Source: Anthoceros angustus (Eukaryota; Plantae; Anthocerotophyta). Taken from it: 64,000 nt of DNA. The position numbers and the translations under genes were made by a program. Each line of letters opens with the position of its first letter. The first letter of the stretch is position 1. Shown here piece after piece: positions 26,001 to 40,419 of the stretch. Where the stretch lies: the NCBI GenBank assembly GCA_010909165.1, contig MU008214.1:124001-188000 (forward strand), in the 5' to 3' direction. A model generated the notes under the pieces. It did no database searches. It was not told the DNA's origin and worked only from the letters and a program-made list of their open reading frames with translations.

Positions 26001-27679
26001 TTAAACATTTGTAAAACCACGATGATTAATTGATAAGAGGCGAACCCGGATGGCTGTGGAGCAAAGATAAACGAGACAGGGGCCGGCGCCTGCCCTCGGC
26101 ATTGCTCTGATCTATTGGGAAAGGCGGGTAGTTACTAAGCAGGCCCATAGCCCAATGTGTGTACACAAAGGCTCTGGGTGTGGGGTGAGTGGGTGTCTTC
26201 CGCACACCCTAAATTGTGCTCAGAAATATAATCACATCGTTCAGACCCAAAGACTGCAATCGATAAACGGGAAAACATGGGCGGCGACTGGTTCCCGCCG
26301 ACATATCGCACACATAAACATGCCCGGCGGGCTGAACATGTGTTGCCTGCCAATAGGCCGCAATGCCGAGCGGGCAACTACGGCCATACTTCCTCCATGT
26401 CCTTCCGCTTGTAAAAGAAAATGGCTTGCACATCGAAAGTTATAAAGCATGTGAAGTCTACATAGGATCGAGAGTGCACAACCAATATCCTATCATGGGC
26501 CTACACTCTTTTAAGACATATGTCACAAAAATGTGCACTCCAAACTTGTGGATTTGAGGTACACGCAGCCTCCCCAATCGCCCGGAAGATGACCTAACAT
26601 TCATATGGTTTTCTACTCTTCGCCAGACGCCACGCCATCATCTTCACTGGTCCGCATCATGACCATCATCTTCAATCGCCCTCGGTACTTTTGACTACCG
26701 TTGAATGAAGCCTCACAGTTCAATTAAGTTCTCTTTGATTGCCTTCTTATCTACAGCGTACAAGTGTCTCCTCGTAGTCAAGCTGAACCCATAATAGAGG
26801 ATGACCATTTGGTGAACAAAAACCTTTTGGATATTTTTTTGATGGATAGACTTCGCTCCCTTTTCCTCAGACACTCGGGAGTCGTGGCATCCCTCCGATT
26901 AAATATTCTTCACGTATCTTCCTTAAATCTCATGTGTTCGATTGCACCAATGAACAAGGAAGTGAGGCCGGATGTAATGATGACCTTCCCAATCCAAAAA
27001 GATTATGCTTGTGTGTATGTGTCCGCTGAAGCTGCAACAAACATCCTTGTCTTTATTTCCGCGATATCACCATTCCACCGTGCCATTTCCTGTTGTTGCC
27101 TCCCCAGGGTTTGGTATGCTCCCAAATACATATCTCGTTGTGGGAGGTCCCTTAGCAATGCCTCCTCCAGTACTACCACATCTGGAACATGGAGAGGTTG
27201 GGCTGTTCCATCCAACATAAGGCCTAAGTTCCGAAAGACCATCCTTAAGATGGGCAACGCTGCGATTTGATAATGGCACTGTTCCTTTTATCCCTTAATG
27301 CGGAGGAGGCGGTGTATAGTGTCGGAAGGCACAAATTTCAGAAACTCCAAACCCCCTTCCGTTTCCCATTGTGGTGAGGTCGAATACTGCTTGCTCCTGA
27401 TAACCGTCACAAACTCGCGGTTCGCTTTCTCCTCACGGGTTATTTTAAACTGGTGTTGGAACGATAAATTGTTCAATCTCTTTACAGCCGCCCCATAAGT
27501 GAGTCCTCTCTGGCCTTGTCTAATAGGCCACACATATGACTGGAAGTCTGCCACTTCAGTCAATATCTTTACTTCTGGTGAAGGAGTGTACGCATGCATC
27601 AAGATCTCTGACAATGCGGGCAGGGTGTGAGCTTCTTTATGTTTCAAGCTTTTGGAGAAGCAAGAAAATATCTGGTCGA

Positions 27680-30016
27680 TAATGAAATAGTGTTGATTCA
27701 TTAGGGTTTAGTAATATCTATTTATATGTAGTGTGTATTTAGATTTATTTTTAGTTGCTCACCCTTTTCACTAGGGTTATGTCCTTTCCCTAAGGTCACG
27801 TCTTTTCGTTAATTAAGTTAAGTCTAGCAGATCTCAAAGATAGGGGTTATTCTCCATTAAAGGGTTTGGGTCCCTAAAGACCAAAAATGACCAAAACGGG
27901 CCAAAAATGCATCATCTTTAGCAAAACCACTCTTTAGACATGTACAAAGACATTGACCATGTTATTTTCTCGTGAATACTTACGCTAACAGTGGTTGAAG
28001 CCAAGAAGGTTCATGGATTTCACCTTCACAAGGAAGGGATTTCAAGGATTTTTATAGGTGCTAGGAATCCTAAACACCTCTTCGCAGCGATAGTACTTCC
28101 TAGGTGGTGAACAGGCAAACCAAACAAAATTAGTCCAAGAGCCAAATCACACGGACGTCCGAACCACGCAAAAGTATCGAAGGCACGGACGTCCGCGAAT
28201 TGTGAGAGAACATTAACCGATAGCCCGATCATGGCCATCTCGAGAGGACCAAACTACGACTCTAAAAAAGTAGCCGACGTCGGTGCCGTGAGTACACAAC
28301 CCCGGATCTCCATTGTTAGAGTGAAAACATAGAAGGAATTGGAACAATGCGCCGGACGTCGCACATTGGCGCGAGTCTCTAAAGCTGCACGGACGTCCGG
28401 CGCATTTTCTGGAGACCCCAATCTTGTGGGCGCCCACGAGATGGAAATGGTGGAGTGGATGACGTCCCGACATCTATATTATTGTTTGTCTTCAAGAAAT
28501 CCGCCGGGATAGGTGCATAGACAATGGCAAGAACTCCAAGGTTAAGCACTTGGTCGGATCAATACCAGGATGGGGTTGACTTTGGTGCTTGAGAACTGGT
28601 GCTTGTTATTAGCTAGGATGGCTTGCTTGTTTTGCTTTGTAACTTGATTACTAGGATGCTTGTTTTTGGCGCTTTGAAAACTTTGTAACAACTCCACTTA
28701 AGCAACCTAGAGGCGTATCAATACTAGGATGGAGTGTTGATTTTTAGTGGTTTGAAAAATTTGTAAATCATCCCAGATATCTAGGCGTAAAGTCATGAAT
28801 ATTATTTTTGAAAATCATTTGTTGGTTGATGTTATATTCCCACATTCGCTTTGTATACAACATGTAAAACCTTTTGGCCTTACTCTATGTGCCCTTCCGA
28901 TGACTTGTACCGGATCTCTTTGATTGGTGCGCCAAATGTCCGCTCATTCGAGTTTGATGCACGATAGATGCATAGGCCTTGGTTTCTAGATGAGCTACAT
29001 TTTCCAAAATTCGACATGTATGATGGTGGTTTCTAATGGCCAACCTTTTGAAGACGATAATGTTTCACAATGTTTTGCGAGAAGCAAGAAAATAAATAGA
29101 ATAGATGATTTTTCCTTGAGTAATGAAAGCTCGCTTGATGAACACAAGCATAAGAGAGCATCCGCCATGCGAGCCCTAGTGAGAGCCAGTGAGTATCTGA
29201 AGAAAGAGGGCGTCGAGGGGTTTTGACCAAATGGCTGAGTATTTCGTGAGGCTCAAGGAGGACCTCTATACCCACGTGACGCCCATTACATGGGCGCTAG
29301 GTGTTCAGAGACGAACTATAGCCAAGCTTCGCCAGGAGATTTTGAATTTAAGATCTGACTTGCTCCATGTGCCACCCATGGATAGATTAAGGTTGAAAGC
29401 ACGGACTTGACAAGAAGAAATGTAAGCTCAAGAGTTTGATCAAGAACGGTTGAGGAGGCCTCACCATCCTTTACCTTGTCCAATTCTCACTGGGCCCAAT
29501 GCGCAGATCTAAGTGCGGCTTATCTCCGACACGAGGGGCCAGTCGAGGTATGCCCGCCGGGATTGCTCAATCACGGGGTTTGAAAAGAGAATTGATGTGA
29601 GTGTTGGTGGCAAGTGTGCACAAGCAACTTGAACGAAAGTGCTTGCCTACACAAGTATTGACGCAACCCTCTCCAAACCCGTGTATTGCACCTCTTGAGT
29701 ATAAGGCCGGACTCGGCACTCCAGCTCTTGGAGCATAAGTGCGCCACCATCCGCCACTTGGTACAAAGGTGTGTCCCATTTGTGATTTATGGGCACATTA
29801 GGTCTTCCTTGGGCTCGGATGCATGGGCTGTGGGTTCGCAAATCAAAAAAAGAAATGAGACATGTGCATTTCGGATGGTTAGCCAAATGGGGTTGGAGAC
29901 AAACCCTACGAAACACTGTTTAGCTTGCTTGATTATTATGATGGATTCTTTCTTAAGAACAATACAATGTAATTACTCAATACGTAATTGATCTGCACCT
30001 ATTACATATTTTGTTA
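27680..30016. mobile_element. About 2.3 kb solo-LTR-like insertion with 5-bp TSD GTCGA
   Basis: GTCGA at 27675-27679 and 30017-30021; removing the insert restores the transposase motif HDQIDQIFS; imperfect inverted ends TAATGAAATA...TATTTTGTTA; internal GGACGTCC repeats. Confidence 0.7.
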
Positions 30017-32029
30017 GTCGATTTGATCATGCGTACCAAAAAGAATCCCACCTTCACTTTTCAAAAGTACCCATATCAACAAGCATGTTCGGATATGCAA
30101 TAAGCGGGTTCTTGTTCTCCTGCTGTCTAGTCAAATACATACAAAACTCTTGGCGACTCCTTCATAATTATGTATAACGCCCTCGAATGATGGTGATCGT
30201 TAGATTCGCGTCCGTAAATTTGATAATGTAAATAGGCCCTCGCTTTGTGTGTAGTTGTGAATCATACACCCAACCACGTGGACCGTGAATATTTACACTC
30301 TACGAGGTTTTCGACCACGGAGAAGATGAGGAATCTGTCTTTTTCTCGGTCCATTCCATCTATGGACATAGTAGCATATACTTATGTGGCTCCACATACC
30401 TCTTGCCCTCTGTGTTTAGACATTTTCTCCCGCTCCTCGTGGAGGCGCACACGGTGTGCTTCCAAAGCAAACAAATTCTCCTGCCACAAACAAATGTCCT
30501 AGTCAGAAATATAAGAGACTCCTCAATAACGGCATCCGTGGGTCCCTCCAAATCCACAGACATACCGACCTTAACAGTGGAAACTCACATGCAAATAATG
30601 CATTATTTGAGATGATTTCATCCAAATGGATAGGTGTGGCAGTTAGTGGGGTGGGGCGCGCCGACCGCGCCATCCTCCTCTCTGCCTAATTTGGGATAGG
30701 GCTGTTGGAACATAATCACATAGACCACGAACAGCCCCGGCCGGCCGCCATCCCCACTCTCGCGCTTGGGGGTTAGGCAAGCGGCTTCCTCGTGGTCGGA
30801 AAGCACTAAATAGAGGCGCCGGCACCGATGTTGAAGTTGCTTTGTTTCAAACCAAACACATGGAAAGGAACATGCACGCATACGCATCTAATATGACAAA
30901 AGGCGACATCGAGGAGCACATCCGTCCATGAGGGTAGTGAAGAAAATCCGCAAGCAGATGATCAACCCCATGGAGGACACATTGGTGCAAATTGCCTTGA
31001 TCTTCCTTGTGCATTGTGTTCCTGATAGTGCTCTTCAGACCTGCACAATGCGAGCATGTTGAAAACTTGTTGGACTTCGGGATTTTTACTAGGGAAGTTG
31101 CTTCTCCAGCTTTCAAGAATATTTCTAGTAATTGCCGATATATAACTCAAGTGGTTTTAAACCGAACGCTCATGGAGCGTGAAGGGTTATGTTAAGAAGG
31201 ACATTGAGCATGAGCGTATCTATAAGTAGCCTACTTGTTTAGTGTTTAAGTAGTTGATAGAAGTCGCAGACTAAAGCATGTGTAAACGGACTCTATTATT
31301 TTGAATGCACCTTCAAGCAAGAAACGCTATTTTTGTTTCATACGGATGACTTGTGTGTGTCGAGGCGTTACGTATGCTCGTGACTTACCTCAACTTGATC
31401 GATAGGCATCTCTGTCTGGATTTATGGTGGATTGATTAGGATTCCAACGCACTTTGGATAGGAGTTCACACCATTATGCTTGCGTCTTTTTCTTACATCT
31501 TCTAATACTCAGCCGCATGCATATGTTGATACTCGGAGAGGGTGTCATTTGGAAGTCGGGACAACCGGAGACGATCGAGGCCTCTATTTGCCTTTGCCTT
31601 TTTCACTTCACAGATTATCAATTTAAAACTATGAAACATTAATAAAACCCAAGCATCTCCACGGTGTGAGAGATTCTAAATTCACTTTGTACTTTGAGAG
31701 AGTGGCAACATAATGATTTCAAATAAAATACTATTGAACTCACCTTATGATTTTCATTAATATACTAACAAAGGCACTTCCTCATAATAAATATGCTTAC
31801 CATGTTGCTTGGGATGGACATACATGAGAAGGTGTAAGACTTCTACACACTAAATAAGAGAAAATTTTGGGAGTGTTGGATTTTCGTTCAAAAATATATC
31901 AAGGAGTGCAATTCAATAATTGTCAAAACTTGACTTTTCTTTATAGACAACATCCTACACGATTTTGAAAATGACAATCATATGAGAAGATGTATATAAA
32001 AAAGCCCTCGTATTCTTCCACGACATCTA

Positions 32030-33020
32030 AATTCTTGTTGTATGTATATTGATCTAGGTGAAATGCTATAATTGAATCCCCAAACCACGACACCATGCCT
32101 CTTTTGAGAGGACCACTCCTTCCCTTGATTGGGAATGCGGGACTCGGCGACCAATAGATCGCAATAGGGATGTCAGCTGCGGTTCTACTACACGTTATTG
32201 TACTCGTGTCGGACTACAAATAGAAAATATCACATCGCAATTCTTTCCATTATTCCATATATCATTAATTACTCGCCCAAACTCCACTTGTTATTTGTCC
32301 AATTGGATCCATCGGACATTATGCTTGTTGTTGAAGAAACAACTACCACGCATTCCACATAGATAAACTAAGTTCTTACTTATCAAAAATTATTCCGTAA
32401 TTCACAAAAGAAAGATTTCACATATCTATCCAAATTCCAAACCCACCACCAAAATTAGCCCGCCTACCAAGCAAGCATCAAGTCACCAAGCACACGGATT
32501 TGCTCCAAGAAATATATCATGCAACACGATCTACTATCAACGGTACATACTTGAGATGAAAATCTTTGTATTCTTTTGGCGGAGTATAACACATTTGACT
32601 CAATATGGTTAGACGTCCTAACATATCTTCCACGAGGAGTTGAATAACCACTCACTCCTAGAATAACAAACATTGTCAAAGCAACAAAAAATATACATTG
32701 GAATTAGTTTTTATCATTTTAAATCACTCTACTTAAAAGATAAAAAAGAAAATGATAACCATAGAATAAAATTATAGAATTCACAAGCTTCCGCTTATAG
32801 TTAGCATTATTACTAGGAAACTTTTCCAACAACAATCAAAACAATGAAAATCTCATACATACTCGAGATAGTGGAGTTGGTGTATTACTCGTAGTGTCTT
32901 GGGCATCCGGGTGAATTTGATTAGTGCCCACATGCTTGAGCTCAACAAAATTCTTGCCATCCACTACCATGGTGCCCATTGCCAAAGCAATAAAACTAGC
33001 AAGAGAGTATAGGTCGTCAT
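32030..33020 (-). pseudogene. Secreted DPBB/EG45-like gene, copy A (more degraded)
   Basis: Paralog of 38413-39421. Confidence 0.45.
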
Positions 33021-33989
33021 ATCTTTGAACTCAAGATACAAATAGAACTAAGGGATGGAAGCTTGACAAGTTTAGAAAATAGTTAAGTATTTTACTGAAT
33101 ACATATATAGTACTAAATGATCAGTTTACCTCGAAAACTAAGATCCAAATTTACTCGGTAACAAAAGGCATATAGTATAAACTTAATTCCTTATACACAT
33201 GAAATATTATGAAAAGAATAGAATAAAATTGTAAGATTCAAACTCGATGTGGATCATAAAATGCATATAGTATGAACTCAATTCCTAGACAAATAAAATG
33301 ATTGGATTAGAAATATAACACCTATACATCAGCTTTTCTTTTTCTTGGGTACTCCTTTAGCGATATCATCGTTGGCTTTTTTTTCTTTTGGGACGTGGTT
33401 GTTGGTCATGTGTGTTTTGATGGGTGCTCTCATGCATCCATAAAAGCAAAATACAAAGTTAGATTCCCTTAGCATATAGGTAGAATATTACTACTAGGAA
33501 AGGAGTGGTATTATCACTTATATCACGCTTATGTAGCCTATTATACCGGCTACGCATCTTGTCACACTTTTGGAATGGTGGAGGTAAGGTAACAACCCCT
33601 TGGTGGTGTAATCGCTTATTACGCACTGCATATCACCCAGTCCGAGTGTGCATTGGCCCAGCGACACTAGACTCATGGAAATTAACAATGCCTTCCGTTT
33701 TCTATTTTGGCTTTGGATTTCCGACAATGACTAAAGGCATATAGTATAAACTTAATTCCTTATACATGAAATTTTATGAAAACAATAGAACAAAATTGTA
33801 AGATTCAAACTCAATTCGATCACGAGAATGCATATAGTATGAACTCAATTCTTTATACAAATAAAATGATTGGATTAGAAATATAACATCTATACATCAC
33901 TTTTCTTTTCTTCTTAGACCGAGTACTCCTTTAGGGACATCGTTGGCTTTGTCATGACTCAAGAGGTCATTGATTTGCGATGTCGATTA

Positions 33990-34800
33990 ATAATTACGAC
34001 ACCATGCCCTCCACAGTTACACGCGCGGCATGTGTAGACAAACACACAGTCGGAGATTTGTTCCATTCCTTTCCATTGTTTTAGGCCATAGAGACCTTTG
34101 ATTAGCCTACATACCATGCCTTCTTTGCCTTTGACCTCATAACCCGAGTTGTTTCATGTATATTTCTTCTTGGATGCGTCCATGCAAATAAGCGGTTTTG
34201 ACATCCATCATATGAAGATGTAAACCATGTTGAGTGACAAGGCAATTATCATTCTAAAGGAGGCAAACTTTACTCGGAGCATAGGTAGCCAGGTATGTAG
34301 TCTAAACCCAAAACCTAAAACCTCAGCTACTAGTTCTTGTATCTCTCAATGGAACCATCGCTTAATTTTGAAGACCCATTTGCTCCTACTATTTTTCTCC
34401 CTCTCGGGTGGTTTGACTAATTCCCATGTAGAGTTCTTAACTAGGAATCATACTCGAGTCCATGACTTTCCATAAATCCTTCTCAGGGAAAAGCTTGTTT
34501 CAAGGTTAGCGGCTCTTCGTGATCAATTGTAGCTTTATAAACAACTTGATGAAAATGGGAGAAAGGTGAGGAGGGATCATCAAAAGTGGTAAGGTATCCT
34601 AAGGGTGGTTCCTTTCATCCATGAGCCCGAGGTGTCCAGTTCTTAGGTTGTACCTTGGTGCGGGTTGTGCATCTTCGTTGTGACTTGTTCTAAAGAGTTT
34701 TCTTCTTCATATGCTTGTGGTTCAACTATAGGGGAACCGGCTGATGCATCCGTATATTCGCTCGGAAAAGTCATCATCCGGATATCATGAATATCGTCAA
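33990..34800 (-). mobile_element. Ty1/Copia reverse transcriptase fragment (copy A)
   Basis: ASFRMIIAL, MDVKTAYLHGRIQEEIYMKQ, GKEGMVCRL.KGLYGLKQ. Confidence 0.85.
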
Positions 34801-35285
34801 GGTGTTGAGGAATTTCCATGTCGGATCTGCGGGTAGTGGGTGTCGTGGAAGGTGGCTCCTCCTCCTCCTACAATATAGGTTCAACCAAAGGAGAGGAAGG
34901 AGAGTAATGTAGGCTAATAATGAAAGATAGTAATTTTATTATATAAGAATTTTTATTTGTATGATATATTTTAATATAATGATTTTTATTTTAACTTTAT
35001 TCATAATTTCATTAAACCACTCTTGATTGCCTCTTTCTTGTGAAAAGTCTTCAAGCCATGCTGGCGGTCATGAAATTGATGTAGTGAAGTGAAGATTGGA
35101 GTATATCGCTACGTGTTTAGCCTGTGAGTGCTGTTTTGGTCATTGTCATAGCATGGCATAATAGCATCGGGACAATTTCTTATTCTATAGCTACGCATAT
35201 TATAGTTACTAAATCACATGTTAGAATCTTGACGGGTTCGCAAACCCTGATTTCTGCTGGCTCTAAGCGGGCTGCTCAACGTGCT

Positions 35286-36180
35286 TGTGGGACACCACAC
35301 CAAGGGTGTCGAATGTTTTGAATCATGAGCGGAGCAAAGTGAGCGTGGCACAGGCGGAGTGTGAAGATGGCGGGTGCGACAAGGAAAATTGGCATTTAGG
35401 GTGGAAATAGCTATTGTTGAAGTCCCACCTTGCGGTATCCATAGGAGAGAACTCTAGCACTGCGGGGCAATGGACACCCGTTGCTGAAGAAGCCATCACA
35501 CAAGAAAGGAGACCAACGCATTCTTGCTGTAGGCTTTAGCACAGCCTTGATGAACTGGAGAAATCCTTGCCCATGGCCCGTGAGTCTCGATGGCAAGGGG
35601 ATGAAGGCGTGGCCCACCTCCCCTTACTTTTCCACTCGTTCTTCCTCAACCACTATAAACTAATAGCCCGCCGCGTAACCTTTGGCTGCTCTCTTTAGGG
35701 CCCGTAGCCTCGCTCTCCGGTGGCGGGCAGCGCATTCACGCATCACGCCGCGACGCCATGTTCTCGGCGGCCGAGGGGGACTAGGTTTCCGTTGTGGATG
35801 TGGTCGCAGCACCTTGCGGGGCGTGCAACGTCATCATCAACCCTCCGGGTTGGGTGGCGGAGAGATCGCGCGACACGCGTTCACAAGTACTACGTCGTAG
35901 CCCGTTGACCCCTCCCGTGGGGTGTGGACCTATAGTCGAGGGTGTCGCGTTGTAGGTGCAGGCGGTGATTGAGGAGCGACATGGTGAGGCGTGGTTCTGC
36001 TGAGTGAGTTGAGGTTGCTCCAGTGAGGGAGCTTGGGGTGTGAAGAGGTGTGTGGTTTGTGCCTTGGATCTTGGTGACGACAAACAAGAGTCTCATGGGA
36101 CGAAACCTATTGTACTTAGCGACAGTGGGATAAGTGTGGCCACTAGAGGGTGAATCTCAAGCCCCGGATCGCCTCCCACA
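35286..36180 (+). mobile_element. About 0.9 kb LTR of a related Gypsy family
   Basis: Perfect termini TGTGGGA...TCCCACA; its 3' end (GTCTCATGGGACGAAAC...GATAAGTGTGGCC) matches the large LTR's 3' end at 11625-11671; no matching TSD. Confidence 0.7.
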
Positions 36181-36399
36181 CTCCTCCTCATCAAATCGGG
36201 CCTTTACCACTTCCTCTCGCCGCACCTTTGAGCCATGTGAGGCCAACGCTTGGTCCAACTGTGGCCAGGCCCGGATCATAGATGTGGTTAGTTCACGCAA
36301 ATCCACTTGTTGAGGAGGCCCCGCGGATGCCATTCACATGTCAAGCACCTTCCTTCCCAATAGGGGTCGCCTCTAACCAATTATGCCGCGTCGACCTCA

Positions 36400-37180
36400 T
36401 TGCCAATGGAGTTCCTTGAAAATCCTTCCCATCCACGGTGAGGGTCCGCGCTAAGGTCAACCCTAATCCTTCCCGGTTGTCATGCATCCGAGTCGGTCAA
36501 AATTGTCTTCCTCGGACCGCCTCTTCCTCCGCCAAATCAATGCCGTTGGGCCTTCATTTTCTTCGCTTTCTCCCAGTAGCGCGCCCGCCCGACCTAGTGG
36601 CGCGCGTCCACCTCGCCTGCCGTTGAGGCTCGCCTCCCCGACATTTCTCTTCTTCTTTGGAGGCAATTTCCTTTCCTCCTCGAAGCGTTGCCACGGACTC
36701 CCAGTTGTCAGATCCCTCCTCTATTTCCTCCTTGGGCTCTTCCGCTTTCCACTTCACCTCCCTAACTGGCTTCCACATGTGAAGGGAGGCCACAATTCTA
36801 CCTCCGGCAGACAGTTAGCGTGCGCATACAGGTGAACCAGAAATGGCGTAATTAGAGAGGGACGAGGGGTAGAGGAGATCAAATTCAACCTCTCTTCACA
36901 CAGCTTGTCAAAAGAATTCGTCCCCAATCGATCCTCGCCCCCTTGACAACTTCATGGAGAAAGAGACAAATAGTCCACTTCTTGTCTTGTAGAAAGAGAG
37001 GAGCCATCTGGCGACCCATCGACTATGGGAATTCTCGTCAACCAGCCATTGGGCTCCCACGTCGCTGTCTTGACCAGGGCCGTTGCTACTGCTGCTGTGC
37101 TCCTTTTCCAAGAAGGTTCAATCACCAAGCCATCCGCTTCCTCTTTGCTGTGCTCATACACTTTCATGCTGCAGCTTCCT
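36400..37180 (-). pseudogene. Retrotransposon accessory ORF remnant homologous to the LTR-encoded ORF
   Basis: IDWGRIL...SSLITPFLVHLYAHANCL resembles ADWGTIM...CYLSTYLVHLWETEGLL in the LTRs. Confidence 0.5.
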
Positions 37181-38412
37181 CTAGCAGCTAGGGGGGGGGA
37201 GATAAGAGTTCACACCATTATGCTTGCTTCTTTTCTTCTTACATCTGCTAATACTCAGCTGCATGCATATGTTGATACTCGGGAGAGGGTGTCATTTGGG
37301 AGTCGAGACAGCCGGGGCTGCTGCATTTGCCTATTGCCTTTTTCACTTCAGCCAATTTGTCATGATGTCTGTAGACAAATAAGTTGTAGAGCATATTTTA
37401 CTTCATTATTGAATATATGCATATCAAGACATGTTATTGTCCATCCAATTATGCGGTGGAAAATACACTATTATTTTCAAGAATATTTCTAGTAATTGCC
37501 GATATATAACTCAAGTGGTTTTAAACCTGAACGCTCATGGAGCGTGAAGGGTTATGTTAAGAAGGACATTGAGCATAGGCGTATCTATAAGTAGCCTACT
37601 TGTTTAGTGTTTAAGTAGTTGATAGAAGTCGCAGCTAAAGCATGTGTAAACGGACTCTATTGTTTTGAATGCACCTTCAAGCAAGAAACGCTATTTTTGT
37701 TTCATACGGATGACTCGGGTGTGTGCGAGGCGTTAGCCGTGCTCTGTGACTTACCTCAACTTGCTTGATCGTCGCAAGGCATCTCTGCAATTATGGTGGA
37801 TTGATTCCGAGGATTCCAACGCACTTTGGATAGGAGTTCACACCATTATGCTTGCGTCTTTTTCTTACATCTTCTAATACTCAGCCGCATGCATATGTTG
37901 ATACTCGGGAGAGGGTGTCATTTGGAAGTCGGGACAACCCGGGGACGGTCAGTTCTATTTGCCTTTGCCTTTTTCACTTCACCAGTTATCAATTTAAAAC
38001 TATGAAACAGCTAATAAAACCCAAGCATCTCCACGCGGCTGTGAGAGATTCTAAATTCACTTTGTACTCGAGAGAGTGGCAACATAATGATTTCAAATAA
38101 AATACTATTGAACTCACCTTATGGTTTTCATTAATATACTAACAAAGGCACTTCCTCATAATAAATATGCTTACCATGTTGCTTGGGATGGACATACATG
38201 AGAAGGTGTAAGACTTCTACACACTAAATAAGAGAAAAATTTTGGGAGTGTTGGATTTTCGTTCGAAAAATATATCAAGGAGTGCAATTCAATAATTGTC
38301 AAAACTTGACTTTTCTTCATAGACAACATTCTACACACGATTTTGAAAAATGACAATCATATGAGAAGATATATATAAAAAAAGCCCCTCGTATTCTTCC
38401 ACGACATCTAAA

Positions 38413-39421
38413 TTACAGTTGTACGTATATTGATCTAGGTGAAATGCTATAATTCGAATCCCCAAATACAGCTTGCCATGCCTCTTTTGAGAGGACCACT
38501 CCTTCCCCTTGATTGGGAATGCCAGGACTCGGCACGACCAATAGATCTGCAATAGGGATGTCAAGCTGCGGTTCTACTACACGTTATTGTACTGTCAACT
38601 ACAAATAGAAAATATCACATCGCAATTCTTTCCATTATTCCATATATCATTAATTGCTACTGCCCAAACTCCACTTGTTATTTGTCCAATTGGATCCACT
38701 GGGACATTATGCTTGTTGTTGAAGAAACAACTACTGCCTGCATTCCACATAGATAAACTAAGTTCTTACTTATAAAAAATTATTCTGTAATTCACAAAAG
38801 AAAATGCATTTCACATATCTATCCAAATTCCAAACCCACCACCAAAATTAGCCCGCCCTACCAAGCAAGCATCAAGTCACCACACAGGACGTAGATTTGC
38901 TCCAAGAAATATATCATGCAACACGATCTACTATCAACGGTACATACTTGAGAAGATGAAAATCTTTGTATTCTTTGGCGGAGTATAACACATTTGACTC
39001 AATATGGTTAGACGTCCTAACATATCTTCCACGAGGAGTTGAATAACCACTCACTCCTAGAATAACAAACATTGTCAAAGCAACAAAAAATATACATTGG
39101 AATTAGTTTTATCATTTTAAATCACTCTACTTAAAAGATAAAAAGAAAATGATAACCATAGAAAATAAATTATAGAATTCACATGCTTCCGCTTATAGTT
39201 AGCATTATTACTAGGAAACTTTTCCAACAACAATCAAAACAATGAAAATCTCATACATACTCGAGATAGTGGAAGTTGGTGTATTGCTCGTAGTGTCTGG
39301 GCATCCGGTGAATTTGTTATTAGTGCCCATGCGCTTGGAGCTCAACAAAATTCTTGCCATCCACTACCATGGTGCCCATTGCCAAAGCAATAAAAACTAG
39401 CAAGAGAGTATAGGTCGTCAT
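38413..39421 (-). pseudogene. Secreted double-psi beta-barrel (EG45/plant natriuretic peptide/expansin-like) gene, copy B, spliced, with a frameshift
   Basis: Signal peptide MTTYTLLLVFIALAMGTMVVDG; last exon SSC...AVAINDIWNNGKNCDVIFSI...IPIADL...VVLSKEAWQAV, paralleling the EG45 pattern IWNNG.C...VKIVDL...IDLS.EAF. Confidence 0.55.
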
Positions 39422-40419
39422 ATCTTTGAACTCAAGATACAAATAGAACTAAGGGATGGAAGCTTGACAAGTTTAGAAAATAGTTAAGTATTTTGTACCC
39501 GGGCAATACATATATAGTACTAAATGATCGGTTTACCTCGAAAACTAAGATCCAAATTTACTGGCAGTAACAAAAGGCATATAGTATAAACTTAATTCCT
39601 TATACACATGAAATATTATGAAAAGAATAGAATAAAATTGTAAGATTCAAACTCGATGTGGATCATAAAATGCATATAGTATGAACTCAATTCCCTAGAC
39701 AAATAAAATGATTGGATTAGAAATATAACACCTATACATCAGCTTTTCTTTTTTTCTTAGGTAGGTACTCCTTTAGCGATATCATCGTTGGCTTTTTCAT
39801 TTCTTTTTGGGACGTGGTTGTTGGTCATGTGTGTTTTGATGGGTGCTCTCATGCATCCATAAAAGCAAAATAGAATACAAAGTTAGGATTCCCTTAGCAT
39901 ATAGGTAGAATATTACTACTAGGAAAGGAGTGGTATTATCACAGCTTATATCACGGTTTATGTAGCCTATTATACCGTGCTCGCATCTTGTCACACTTTT
40001 GGAATGGTGGAGGTAAGGTAAGAACCCTTGGTGGTGTAATGCGCTTATTACGGCACTACTGGCAGCATATCACCTTGTCAGTGTGCATTGGCCGGGCGAC
40101 ACTAGACTAGACAGAATTAACAATGCCTTCCGTTTTCTATTTTGGCTTTATTTCTACTACAATGACTAAAGGCATATAGTATAAACTTAATTCCTTATAC
40201 CATGAAATTTTATGAAAACAATAGAACAAAATTGTAAGATTCAAACTCGTTCTTGATCACGAATGCATATAGTATGAACTCAATTCTTTATACAAATAAA
40301 ATGATTGGATTAGAAATATAACATCTATACATCAGCTTTTCTTTTCTTCTTAGACCGAGTACTCCTTTAGGGACATCATCGTTGGCTTTGTCATGACTCA
40401 AGAGGTCATTGATTTGCGA

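Larger units (their letters stand above)
31112..35088. repeat. About 4 kb direct repeat, copy A
   Basis: Collinear with 37476-41547 from TTCAAGAATATTTCTAG to GATGTAGTGAAG. Confidence 0.92.
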
